Shown: positions 43,018-54,658, numbered from the stretch's first letter. The stretch is 54,760 nt of DNA from an uncultured Clostridium sp. (GCA_947574235.1 CANPIU010000005.1:1-54760); one strand, 5' to 3'. Notes: generated by a model not told the origin, from the letters alone. Made by a program: numbers and translations.

Positions 43018-44031
43018 ATGGAGAGAAAAAGAATATTAACAGGCGATAGGCCAACAGGAAAATTACATATTGGGCACTATTTTGGTTCATTAAAAAAAAG
43101 AGTAGAATTGCAAAATAGTGGAGAATATGAGCCATATATATTAATTGCAGACGTGCAGGCACTAACCGATAACTTTAACAACCCAGAAAAAGTAAGAAAA
43201 AATGTAAGAGAAGTAGCCATAGATTACTTGTCAGTAGGAATAGACCCAAGTAAAACGACTATCTATATTCAATCTATGATACCAGAAGTAGCAGAGTTAA
43301 CCGTATTCTATTCTAACTTAGTAACCATCGCTCGATTAGAAAGAAATCCAACGGTCAAAACAGAAATAGCACAAAAAAGAGAAATCTTTGGAGAAAGTGT
43401 AACTTATGGCTTTTTAGGATATCCCGTAAGCCAAGCAGCTGATATCACAGCTTTTGAAGGAAAAATAGTGCCAGTAGGAGAAGACCAATTGCCATTGATA
43501 GAGCAATGCAGAGAAATCGTAAGAAAATTCAATAGCATCTATGGCGAGGTTTTGGTAGAGCCAGAAGCAGTATTATCCAGTGGAAAGAGAATTAAGGGCT
43601 TAGATGGAAACGAAAAAATGGGAAAATCGTTAGGCAATGCTATCTATCTATCAGATAATGAAGAAGAAATTACCAAAAAAGTAATGAGTGCAGTGACAGA
43701 CCCAAACCGAATTAAAAAAGACGATTTAGGAAATCCAGATATTTGTATGGTTGCTTATTATCACAACTTATTTAGTAGTAAGGAAGAAACAAAAGTAGTA
43801 TGCCAGGAGTGCAGAGCAGGAAAACGTGGCTGTGTAGCTTGTAAAAAACAGTTAGCCAAAAATATCATAGAAGAATTACGACCAATTCGAGAAAAAAGAG
43901 CCTATTATGAGGCACACCCAGAAGAAGTAGATAGCATCTTAAGGGAAGGAACTAAAAGAGCACAAGAAGTAGCTAAACAAACGATGAAAAAAGTAAAACA
44001 AGCTATGAAGTTAAATTATTTTGAAGAATAA
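43018..44031 (+). CDS. trpS: Tryptophan--tRNA ligase
   Basis: TGDRPTGKLHIGHY, YPVSQAADI, VPVGEDQ, KMGKS. Confidence 0.96.
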   Translation: MERKRILTGDRPTGKLHIGHYFGSLKKRVELQNSGEYEPYILIADVQALTDNFNNPEKVRKNVREVAIDYLSVGIDPSKTTIYIQSMIPEVAELTVFYSNLVTIARLERNPTVKTEIAQKREIFGESVTYGFLGYPVSQAADITAFEGKIVPVGEDQLPLIEQCREIVRKFNSIYGEVLVEPEAVLSSGKRIKGLDGNEKMGKSLGNAIYLSDNEEEITKKVMSAVTDPNRIKKDDLGNPDICMVAYYHNLFSSKEETKVVCQECRAGKRGCVACKKQLAKNIIEELRPIREKRAYYEAHPEEVDSILREGTKRAQEVAKQTMKKVKQAMKLNYFEE

Positions 44032-44042
44032 AGAGGTAGATT

Positions 44043-44397
44043 ATGAACGAGTATGTAAAAGAAATTCCACAAGAACCAAGTATTAAGAGAAACGGATTTG
44101 ATGGCTATTATCGTAGGGCTTAATAATGAAAACATAGAGATAATGTATGAAAATGTTTATAAAGGGCATGATAAATATTGCACGAATACAAAAATTACAC
44201 ATATCTACTATGTTATTTCAGGGGAAGGAAAATTCAAAATCAAAGATGAGATTTACAAAGTGAAAAAAGGAAATATCGTAGAAATACCACCTAGCACAAA
44301 ATTTGTTTTTGCAGGTCAAATGGAATTATTATTAATTATGAATCCACAATTTACACGTGAAGGTGAAATTGTAGGAGAAGAAAATGACTTAATGTAG
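44043..44397 (+). CDS. Cupin-domain protein, probably with a +1 frameshift near 44112-44117
   Basis: HIYYVISGEG...KGNIVEIPP cupin motifs in ORF 44098-44397; best SD (GAGGT) precedes ATG 44043, which is in another frame and stops at 44121-44123. Confidence 0.55.
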
Positions 44398-45703
<1,306 letters not shown>

Positions 45704-45704
45704 G

Positions 45705-45764
45705 GTTCAATGGGGACGTTTCTTTTTGCACAAAAATGTGCAAAAGGAAACGTCCCCATTGAAC
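45705..45764. repeat. 60-bp REP/REPIN-like palindrome between convergent obgE and tsaB (may also terminate)
   Basis: 28-nt arms GTTCAATGGGGACGTTTCTTTTTGCACA / TGTGCAAAAGGAAACGTCCCCATTGAAC, AAAA loop, one T:G mismatch; same core as RAYT flanks. Confidence 0.85.
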
Positions 45765-45765
45765 A

Positions 45766-46887
45766 CTAACAAGACATTATTAAACCATTTTTACCTTGAT
45801 AATAGTTTTTTCGAATACCTATTTGTTTAAAACCGAATTTTTTGTATAAGTGAATAGCAGGATAATTTTCTTCCATAACCTCTAAGAAAATGGGGGTTAG
45901 TTTTTTTTCTTGTGATAATTGCATTAAATTTTTTAATAATAGGCTACCAATTCCTTGATTACGAAAAGGCTTTTTGACAGCAATATTCATAATATCAGCT
46001 TTATCAACTAAAAACTTAATGCCAGCAAATCCAACTATTTCGCTATTTGACTTAGCAACCAAATAATAAGAATTCTCAGATTGTAATTCATCTTGCAAAA
46101 TAGAATACGTCCAAAAATCATCAAAATCAGAAAAAGGTAAGCTTGCTAGTTGCTCCAAATCTTCTTGTGTCATAGAAGCAATTTCAATCTTTTTAGATTT
46201 TTCTTCTAACTGTCTTTGTGCCTGTGGCTTTTTTAAATAAGAAGGCAGTACTTCTTCTAAAGCATTTTTCTTGAATTTGTTATAGCCAGCTAGTCCAAGA
46301 TAGTAAGAGTTTAATTGATTTTGTTTTGGAGCGGCTAAAGTGATATTTTTGTTCCATTTTTGGGTAATTAACTCTTGATAAGTGTTAATGCCATCGCCGA
46401 CAAAAGTAATAGAAAAATTACGAGAGATTTTTTCTTCACAAAAATCCAAAGCTTCTTCTATGGTAATGGCAGTAGGTGCAATGACTTCGAAATATTCAGC
46501 ATCTTTTCGTTCGTATAAGGCAAAATAGCAATTATTATTTTTACAATCTATGATACTTGCAATGAACCCGTCTTGTTCAATTGAGTAAGCAAAAGCTTCT
46601 AAGGAATTAACACCAGTACAAGGAATACCAAGACTATCATGAAATGCTTTTACGGTAGCAATTCCAATACGAATACCAGTAAAAGAACCAGGACCTTTGT
46701 CACACACAAGTAAATCCATATCTTTTAAGCTTAAGTTAGCTTGCTTCATGGCTTTTTCAAGCATAGGCATTAAATTTTCAGAATGCGTTTTTCCAGTATT
46801 TTCATCGAATTGGCAAATTAGACGATTTTCTTCTAAAATAGAAATTCCACAAATATCGCTTGCGGTATCAATACTTAATATTTTCAA
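45766..46887 (-). CDS. tsaB: TsaB (t6A biogenesis) fused to RimI-like GNAT acetyltransferase
   Basis: ILSIDT, THSE, GPGSFTGIRIG; C-terminal NIAV..RNQGIG, LEV..N..AI.LYKKFGF..RKNYY. Confidence 0.9.
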   Translation of the reverse strand: MKILSIDTASDICGISILEENRLICQFDENTGKTHSENLMPMLEKAMKQANLSLKDMDLLVCDKGPGSFTGIRIGIATVKAFHDSLGIPCTGVNSLEAFAYSIEQDGFIASIIDCKNNNCYFALYERKDAEYFEVIAPTAITIEEALDFCEEKISRNFSITFVGDGINTYQELITQKWNKNITLAAPKQNQLNSYYLGLAGYNKFKKNALEEVLPSYLKKPQAQRQLEEKSKKIEIASMTQEDLEQLASLPFSDFDDFWTYSILQDELQSENSYYLVAKSNSEIVGFAGIKFLVDKADIMNIAVKKPFRNQGIGSLLLKNLMQLSQEKKLTPIFLEVMEENYPAIHLYKKFGFKQIGIRKNYYQGKNGLIMSC

Positions 46888-47335
46888 AATATACCTCCCA
46901 TTTTTCTACATTTGTAGTTATTTTTAAAATTCGAGTGTTTTCATCAACTGTATCTTTTTCAAATTGAATACGAAGAGAAACTTCTGGCAGAGCTTCTTCA
47001 ATTAATTCGCCCCACTCAATCAGGCAAATGCCATTTCCTAAATATTCATCGCCACCCATTTCATAAAATTCAGACGTATTTTTCAAACGATAAACGTCAA
47101 AATGATAAATTTTCGTATCGTTTTTGCTATATTCATTGACAATGGTAAAGGTAGGACTACAAATTTCATCCTCTAAGCCAAAATAACTTAAAATACCTTC
47201 TACCAATTTTGTTTTTCCACACCCTAATTCACCAGTAAGGATAATCGTATCGTTTTTTTCTAAATGACTGGCTAAGGCTTTGGCAAAGTTTTTGGTATCC
47301 TTTTCATTTTTGCTAATCAATTGAAACTGCTTCAT
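46868..47335 (-). CDS. tsaE: tRNA threonylcarbamoyladenosine biosynthesis ATPase TsaE
   Basis: GELGCGKT, SPTFTIVNEY, HFDVYR, LIEW; AGGAGG SD. Confidence 0.93.
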   Translation of the reverse strand: MKQFQLISKNEKDTKNFAKALASHLEKNDTIILTGELGCGKTKLVEGILSYFGLEDEICSPTFTIVNEYSKNDTKIYHFDVYRLKNTSEFYEMGGDEYLGNGICLIEWGELIEEALPEVSLRIQFEKDTVDENTRILKITTNVEKWEVYFENIKY

Positions 47336-47401
47336 AAAAACCTCCTATCTTAATATTGAAATTATTATAATACAAAAAATCAAAAAATTCAATGAAAAGT
47401 C

Positions 47402-47447
47402 TTGATAAATTACAAAGTCTGTAATATAATTGTAACGATTTTGTAAC
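47402..47447 (+). promoter_or_regulatory. Putative mreB promoter overlapped by three TGTAAH direct repeats (WalR-box-like)
   Basis: TTGATA-17-TATAAT (47402-47430); TGTAAT-N5-TGTAAC-N5-TGTAAC at 47420-47447. Confidence 0.55.
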
Positions 47448-47460
47448 AAAAAAGAAATAA

Positions 47461-48489
<1,029 letters not shown>

Positions 48490-48490
<1 letters not shown>

Positions 48491-49784
48491 TGAAAAAAGT
48501 AGCTTTTATTACCTTGCGGTTGTAAGGTAAATCAATATGAAACTAATGCGATGATACAAAAATTTAGGCAAAAAGGTTATGAAATAGTAGAACATAACCA
48601 AAAAGCAGATATCTATGTAGTGAATACTTGTACCGTAACCAATGTAGCAGATAGAAAATCAAGACAAATGTTAAGACGAGTCAAAGAATTAAATTCAAAA
48701 GCAGTCGTAGTAGCTTGTGGTTGTTATGTACAAGTAGCCAAAGAAGAGGCCCAGAAAATAGAAGAAATTGATTTACTAATCCGGAAATAACGAGAAAGAT
48801 TCAATAGTAGAAATCGTAGAAAAATACAGAGAAGAAAAGGGAAAGATAAAAGAAATAACCGATGTTATGCATCAAAAGGACTATGTAGAACTAGGTGAAA
48901 TTATTGATACCGATAAAACACGAGCCGTCATAAAAGTACAAGACGGCTGTGACCGATTTTGTTCGTATTGCATTATTCCTTATGCGAGAGGCAGAGTAAG
49001 AAGTAGAAAGCCAGAAAACGTAATTGCTGAAATAGAAAAAATAGCCCAAAAAGGAATTCAAGAAGTAGTCATAACAGGAATTCATATTGCTTCTTATGGA
49101 AAAGATTTTAAAGAAGAATATGGTTTGATGGACTTATTAGAAAAAATTAATCAAATAAAAGGAATTCAAAGAATTCGATTAGGTTCGATAGAACCTTTAT
49201 TAATTACAGAAAAGTTTGTAGAAAGACTCATTAAATTAGAAAAAATATGTCATCACTTCCATCTATCTTTGCAAAGTGGTTGTGACGAAACTTTAAGAAG
49301 GATGAACCGAAGATATACGTTGCAAGAATTTAAAGAAATCGTAGAAAGATTAAGAAAGGCTTATCCAGACGTCATATTAACAACCGATATTATTGTAGGA
49401 TTTCCAGGGGAAAGTGAAGAAGAATTTGAAGAAACCTATCAATTTTTAAAAGAAATCAAATTCTATAAAATGCATATCTTCAAATATTCTCCAAGAAAAG
49501 GAACAAAAGCGGCCCAAATGAAAGAACAAGTAGACCCAAAAACAAAAGAACAAAGAAGTCAAAAATTAATAGAACTATCCAATCAAAATGAAAGAGAATA
49601 CAACGAAAGTTATCTTGGAAAAGAAGTAGAAGTATTGTGCGAAGAAGAAAAAGAAGGACTTTACCAAGGCCATACTAAGAACTATATCGTAGTTAAAATA
49701 AAGAGCAACAAAAGCTTAGAAAATAAAGTAGTAAAGGCTCATTGTCTTAAAGTAGAGGACGACCATATATTAGCAGAAATGTAA
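48490..49784 (+). CDS. mtaB: tRNA t6A37 methylthiotransferase MtaB; two +1 frameshifts at CGG 48517-48519 and 48782-48784
   Basis: MKKVAFITL/GCKVNQYE, NTCTVT, GCY, DLLI/GNNEK, KVQDGCDRFCSYCIIP, HLSLQSG, DIIVGFPGE; joined 430 aa; TAATG coupling to mreB. Confidence 0.92.
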
Positions 49785-49787
49785 AAA

Positions 49788-49875
49788 TGTAACAAAACCG
49801 TAACACGTACGTAACAAACATTTAATATTAAAATCGTTTAAATGGCTTGCTAATTTCAAAATAATATAGTATAAA
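49788..49875 (+). promoter_or_regulatory. Three YGTAAC direct repeats at 11-bp period upstream of a putative promoter
   Basis: TGTAAC-N5-CGTAAC-N5-CGTAAC (49788-49815); TTGCTA-17-TATAAA (49847-49875). Confidence 0.45.
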
Positions 49876-49918
49876 TAAAACAGTAAAATGTATTAAAATT
49901 ACGAAGGAGGAAATAGAA

Positions 49919-50245
49919 ATGGCAGATTTAGGCGAAACAAACAATGTATCAGGTGTATTTGGAGGCGTTGAACTAAAAAATATAGAAAATAATGAGCAGG
50001 GATACGAAAATGCTGGAACCATTAGACAAGCAGGAAGTAACTTACCAACTAAAGTTGGATTTTGGAACAAATTTAAAGCGTTCTGGTTACAAGATATAGA
50101 TTGGAACAAAGAAATAAAAGTTGAATTAACACCATATCAACAAAAAGTAGAAGACGAAATCAACGAATTCTTACACCAAGAAATCACTTGGGAAAAAGTA
50201 CATGATTTCTTATTCCAAGAAGTATCCTTTAGAAGCAAAAACTAA
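49919..50245 (+). CDS. Hypothetical protein
   Basis: 108 aa, AAGGAGG SD; internal aromatic quasi-repeats (WNKFKAFWLQDI / FLHQEITWEKVHDFLFQEV). Confidence 0.7.
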   Translation: MADLGETNNVSGVFGGVELKNIENNEQGYENAGTIRQAGSNLPTKVGFWNKFKAFWLQDIDWNKEIKVELTPYQQKVEDEINEFLHQEITWEKVHDFLFQEVSFRSKN

Positions 50246-50254
50246 TGTGCAAAC

Positions 50255-50298
50255 GGGACGTTTCCTTTTGCACAAAAATGTGCAATTGGGACATATCT
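50255..50298 (+). repeat. REP-like repeat, left of RAYT
   Basis: GGGACGTTTCCTTTTGCACAAAAATGTGCAATTGGGACATATCT. Confidence 0.8.
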
Positions 50299-50456
50299 TG
50301 CATGGATAAAGTGAGAAAGTATAAGCAATTGTAAATTTTTAGTGAATTATTAAAAAAGGTATAGCAAATGAAACAAAATTGTGCTATACTTTTTTTGATT
50401 ATAATGTAATAAATAGAATAAAGGGGCAAAAATTGAAAAGAAAGAGAGGTGGCATA

Positions 50457-51236
50457 ATGCCCCGAAAAGCGAGAGAAAAAAGTAGTACAAAAGTATATCA
50501 TGTAATACTTCGAGGAAATGCAAAACAAGATATATTTTTAGAAAAACAAGATTATGCTAAATTCATGCAAGAACTTAGTAAAATAAAAGAAAAATATGAA
50601 CATAAAATTTATGCTTATTGTTTGATGCCAAATCATATTCATTTGATAATATATGATGAAAAAGACAACTTATCAATAGCGATGCAGAGTTTAGCAGTGA
50701 GCTATTCTTCTTATTGGAATAAGAAATATGAAAGAGTTGGTCACTTATTTCAAAATAGATTTTTGAGTAAAGCAGTCGAAACAGAAAGCTATTTGAAAAC
50801 CTTGTGTCGTTATATCCATCAAAATCCGAGTATAAGTGGAATTTCTAAAACGGAAGAATATCCATGGAGTAGTTATCAAGAGTATGCAAAAGATAGGGAA
50901 GGAATGGTTGATAAAAAGCAGATAGTAACATTATTTGGAAGGAATAAACAAGAAGTACAAGGTAATTTCATACAATTTCACAAATACAAGGAAAGACAGG
51001 AGGATATTAAAGATTTTGCTGAATATGAAATGATTGAAAAGTTAAGTGATGAACAAGCTAGGAAATATATAGAAGAAATTCTTAAAATAGATAATATTCA
51101 AGAGATAATACAATATAGCGTAGCAAAACGAAAGGAATCTTTAAAAAAGTTAAAAGAAATTCAAGGAATTTCAAAAACACAAGTTTCGAGACTAACAGGA
51201 TTAAGCAAAAGGATGATAGAAGTTGCGATGAAATAG
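50457..51236 (+). CDS. REP-associated tyrosine transposase (RAYT; IS200-like Y1 HUH family) with C-terminal HTH-like tail
   Basis: MPRKAR, YHVILRGN...IF, AYCLMPNHIHL (HUH), GHLFQNRF, YIHQNP, YPWSSY; GAGGTG SD before ATG 50457. Confidence 0.88.
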   Translation: MPRKAREKSSTKVYHVILRGNAKQDIFLEKQDYAKFMQELSKIKEKYEHKIYAYCLMPNHIHLIIYDEKDNLSIAMQSLAVSYSSYWNKKYERVGHLFQNRFLSKAVETESYLKTLCRYIHQNPSISGISKTEEYPWSSYQEYAKDREGMVDKKQIVTLFGRNKQEVQGNFIQFHKYKERQEDIKDFAEYEMIEKLSDEQARKYIEEILKIDNIQEIIQYSVAKRKESLKKLKEIQGISKTQVSRLTGLSKRMIEVAMK

Positions 51237-51253
51237 AGAGTGAGAGGGGGAAG

Positions 51254-51297
51254 AGATGTGTCCCTTTTGCACAAAAATGTGCAAAAGGAAACGTCCC
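51254..51297 (-). repeat. REP-like repeat, right of RAYT, inverted
   Basis: AGATGTGTCCCTTTTGCACAAAAATGTGCAAAAGGAAACGTCCC. Confidence 0.8.
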
Positions 51298-51305
51298 AAA
51301 AGAAC

Positions 51306-52668
51306 ATGGCGAAAAGTAAAACGATTTTTGTTTGTAACGAATGCGGCAATGAGTCAACAAAGTGGCTGGGGAAGTGCCCAGCCTGCAATAGTTGGAATAG
51401 CTTTTTTGAGCAAAAGGTGGTAGAGAGCAAAAATAGTAGTTTGAAGGCAAAGGGTTTAAAGAGTAATGTGCCACAAGCTTTAAGTTCTTATGAGGCTAAG
51501 GAAACGATTCGAACTTCGACTGGCTTTGGAGAATTGAATAATGTTTTAGGTGGTGGCTTAGTAAAGGGTTCTTTGGTTTTATTGCGGAGGAGAACCAGGA
51601 ATTGGTAAGTCTACGTTAATTCTTCAGATTTGTGATAAGGTGCAAGGGGAAGGAAAGGTCTTGTATGTTTCTGGGGAAGAGTCAGCAGAGCAGATTAAAA
51701 TGAGAGCAGATAGATTACATATTAAAAATGAAGATATTTTGTTTTTAGGAGAGACAGATATTGATATTGTCAATCAAGCAATTATGGATATCAATCCTAA
51801 ATTAGTAATTATTGATTCCATTCAAACGATGTATTCAGAAGAGTTGTCAGCAGCGGCTGGTAGTGTAAGCCAAGTACGAGAGATTACTTCGCAAGTGATG
51901 CGAGTGTGTAAATCTAGAGCCATTACTACCATTATTATTGGGCATGTGACCAAAGAAGGAAATATTGCAGGACCAAGAGTTTTGGAGCATATGGTAGATA
52001 CGGTTTTATACTTAGAAGGAGAAAGATATTTTTCGTATCGTATTTTAAGAGGTGTAAAAAATAGATTTGGTTCTACCAATGAAATTGGTATGTTCGAGAT
52101 GAGAGAAGAAGGCATGTGCGAAATTACCAATCCATCCGAGGTACTCATTTCAGAGCGAGAAGACAATCCGTCAGGTTCCTGTATTGTTTCTAGCATGGAA
52201 GGGACAAGGCCTATTTTAGTGGAATTACAAGCTTTAACAGCCCAAACGAATTTTGGCTATGCCAAAAGAACGGCCAATGGAATTGACTTTAACCGTTTGT
52301 CTTTATTAATTGCAGTATTAGAGAAAAAGGCAGGCTTGATGCTAAGTATGCAAGATGTTTATATGAACGTAGTAGGAGGCTTGAGGATAAATGAACCATC
52401 GATTGACTTAGGAATTATTATGGCAACAGCGTCTAGTTTTAAAAATAGTCCGATTCCAAAAGATATGGTAATTATGGGAGAAGTTGGCTTGACAGGCGAG
52501 ATTAGAAGAATTAATTTAATCGAAAAGAGACTAAAGGAAGCAGAAAGACTAGGTTTTAAATCTTGTTTAATTCCAGAAAGTAATAAAAAAGACTTGAAAG
52601 ATAAGTATAAATTAGATATAATAGGGGTCAAGAACGTAAGCGAAGCAATGAAAAAGGCATTAGGATAA
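51306..52668 (+). CDS. radA: DNA repair protein RadA/Sms; +1 frameshift at CGG 51585-51587
   Basis: CNECG...WLGKCPAC zinc finger, GSLVLL then +1 frame GGEPGIGKST (Walker A), IDSIQ, KNRFG, Lon-like C-terminus; joined 453 aa. Confidence 0.95.
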
Positions 52669-52692
52669 AAAGCGATAAAGGAGAGAAGCGTT

Positions 52693-53760
52693 TTGAGAAA
52701 AGGAAAAGAGGACAATATTACAGAAATTCTAAAATTAATTGCTCCGGGTACACCCATTAGAGATGGACTAGAAAATATCTTACGAGCAAAAACAGGTGCT
52801 TTGTTATTGATAACGGACAATAATCAGATTTTAAAAGAAGTAGTAGATGGAGGCTTTACGATTAATGAGGACTACACTTCTGCTAAATTATATGAATTGG
52901 CCAAAATGGATGGAGCTATTGTACTAAGTGGCGACTTAAAGAAGATTTTATATGCCAATGCTCAATTGATACCAGCTAGAGAAATTCTAACATTAGAGAC
53001 TGGGACAAGGCATAGAACGGCAGAAAGAACTGCGAAACAAACAGGAGAATTAGTCATTAGTATTTCACAAAGAAGAAGTATCATAACTGTATTTAAAGGA
53101 AATGATAGATATGTGCTAGAAAATACAGATGTTGTACTAAATAAGGCAAACCAAGCGATACAGACTTTAGAAAAATACAAAAAAGTATTTGACAATAAAC
53201 TTAATCTATTAAATGAATATGAATTCAATGATATTGTAACACTAGAAAATGTATTAGTAGCTATCCAAAGAGCAGAAATGGTTATGAGAATTGTAGAAGA
53301 AATCCAACGACAAATCTATGAGTTGGGGAGTGATGGAAGGCTAGTAAGGATGCAATTAGAGGAATTAATAGGAGGCTTAGAAAAAGAAGAATTATTAATT
53401 ATTAAAGATTATATGGTAGCGACTAAGAAAAAACAGACACCAGAAAAGATACTAGAAAAATTAGAAGAATTGACTTATGAGGATTTATCCAATGAAAATA
53501 TCATCGCAAGGTTACTAGGCTACGAAAACTTTGACAACTATGACGAAGTAGGTGTTTATACAAAAGGATACCGTATTTTGAATAAAATTCCAAGGATGCC
53601 AAACAATATAGTAGAAAACTTAATTGGTGCTTTTAAATCTTTCCAACACATTTTAGCAGCTGATATAGAAAGCTTGGATGACGTAGAAGGAATTGGAGAG
53701 GTAAGAGCAAGAACGATTCAACAATCATTAAAAAGGATGCAAGACCAGTTTGTATTCTAA
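52693..53760 (+). CDS. disA: DNA integrity scanning diadenylate cyclase DisA
   Basis: APGT, ELAKMDGA, ETGTRHRTAER, C-terminal HhH VEGIGEVRA; follows radA; TTG start. Confidence 0.95.
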   Translation: MRKGKEDNITEILKLIAPGTPIRDGLENILRAKTGALLLITDNNQILKEVVDGGFTINEDYTSAKLYELAKMDGAIVLSGDLKKILYANAQLIPAREILTLETGTRHRTAERTAKQTGELVISISQRRSIITVFKGNDRYVLENTDVVLNKANQAIQTLEKYKKVFDNKLNLLNEYEFNDIVTLENVLVAIQRAEMVMRIVEEIQRQIYELGSDGRLVRMQLEELIGGLEKEELLIIKDYMVATKKKQTPEKILEKLEELTYEDLSNENIIARLLGYENFDNYDEVGVYTKGYRILNKIPRMPNNIVENLIGAFKSFQHILAADIESLDDVEGIGEVRARTIQQSLKRMQDQFVF

Positions 53761-53787
53761 GATTAAATTAAGATAGGAGAGAAGAAA

Positions 53788-54576
53788 ATGAAAACAGAAA
53801 AATTAATATGGATAATTGCGTTAATTTTGGTTATAATAGTTATACTAGGATTAGGATATGGCTATTATAGAAAAGCAACAATGGAGGTAAAAAATCCAAT
53901 TGCAACGATGGAAGTTGAGAATTTTGGGACAATAAAAATGGAATTGTATCCAGAGCTCGCACCAGAAACAGTTGCAAACTTTACAACACTTGCTAATAGA
54001 GGATTTTATAATGGGTTAACTTTCCATAGAATTGTAAAAGACTTTATGATACAAGGTGGCGATAAAAACGGAAATGGACAAGGGTCTGCAACGACAAAAG
54101 ACTTAAAAGATGATGGAGACGAAACAGAATATACGATTAAAGGTGAATTTATTTCCAATGGAGTTAATAAAAATAAATTGAAATTTGAAGAAGGAATTTT
54201 AGGGATGGCAAGAAGCGACTATACTTCTTATTCTCCAACATTAACAGAAGAGTCATATAATTCAGGAAGTTCACAATTTTTTATTATGACAAAAGCGAAT
54301 TCTTCTTTAAATGGTTATTATACTGCTTTTGGTAAAGTAGTTGAAGGATTAGATATTGTACATAAAATCGAAGAGACAGAAGTAAAAGCAGCAGATGATG
54401 CAGCAGAAAGTGGAAATTCAGAAGTTAGTACACCAGTAAATCCGCCAAAGATTACTTCTTTAACAGTAGAGACATTTGGCGTAGATTATGGCTTACCAGA
54501 AACATTAGAACCTTTTGATTATATGACTTGGATGTATAAACAATATGGCTTAGACCCAAGTACAATGTCTAATTAG
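53788..54576 (+). CDS. Cyclophilin-type peptidyl-prolyl isomerase with N-terminal membrane anchor
   Basis: APETVANF, FYNGLTFHR, FMIQGGD, GMAR, SQFFI, YTAFGKV. Confidence 0.9.
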   Translation: MKTEKLIWIIALILVIIVILGLGYGYYRKATMEVKNPIATMEVENFGTIKMELYPELAPETVANFTTLANRGFYNGLTFHRIVKDFMIQGGDKNGNGQGSATTKDLKDDGDETEYTIKGEFISNGVNKNKLKFEEGILGMARSDYTSYSPTLTEESYNSGSSQFFIMTKANSSLNGYYTAFGKVVEGLDIVHKIEETEVKAADDAAESGNSEVSTPVNPPKITSLTVETFGVDYGLPETLEPFDYMTWMYKQYGLDPSTMSN

Positions 54577-54628
54577 ATAGAATATTTTTGACGCTTTTAA
54601 AAATAAAAATATTTTTCCAAGAAAATGG

Positions 54629-54658
54629 TTGACAAATGGGGTAGAGATAGGGTAAAAT
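54629..54658 (+). promoter_or_regulatory. Putative tRNA promoter
   Basis: TTGACA-18 nt-TAAAAT about 50 nt before the tRNA. Confidence 0.6.

Larger units (their letters stand above)
50255..51297 (+). mobile_element. REPtron-like unit: RAYT gene bounded by inverted 44-bp REP-like repeats
   Basis: Left repeat 50255-50298 and right repeat 51254-51297 are near reverse complements flanking an HUH/Y1 transposase. Confidence 0.75.

Noticed and set aside
50379-50456. N-terminal extension of the RAYT from TTG 50379
   Set aside because: Family-typical MPR start with SD is at 50457; the upstream part looks like promoter sequence
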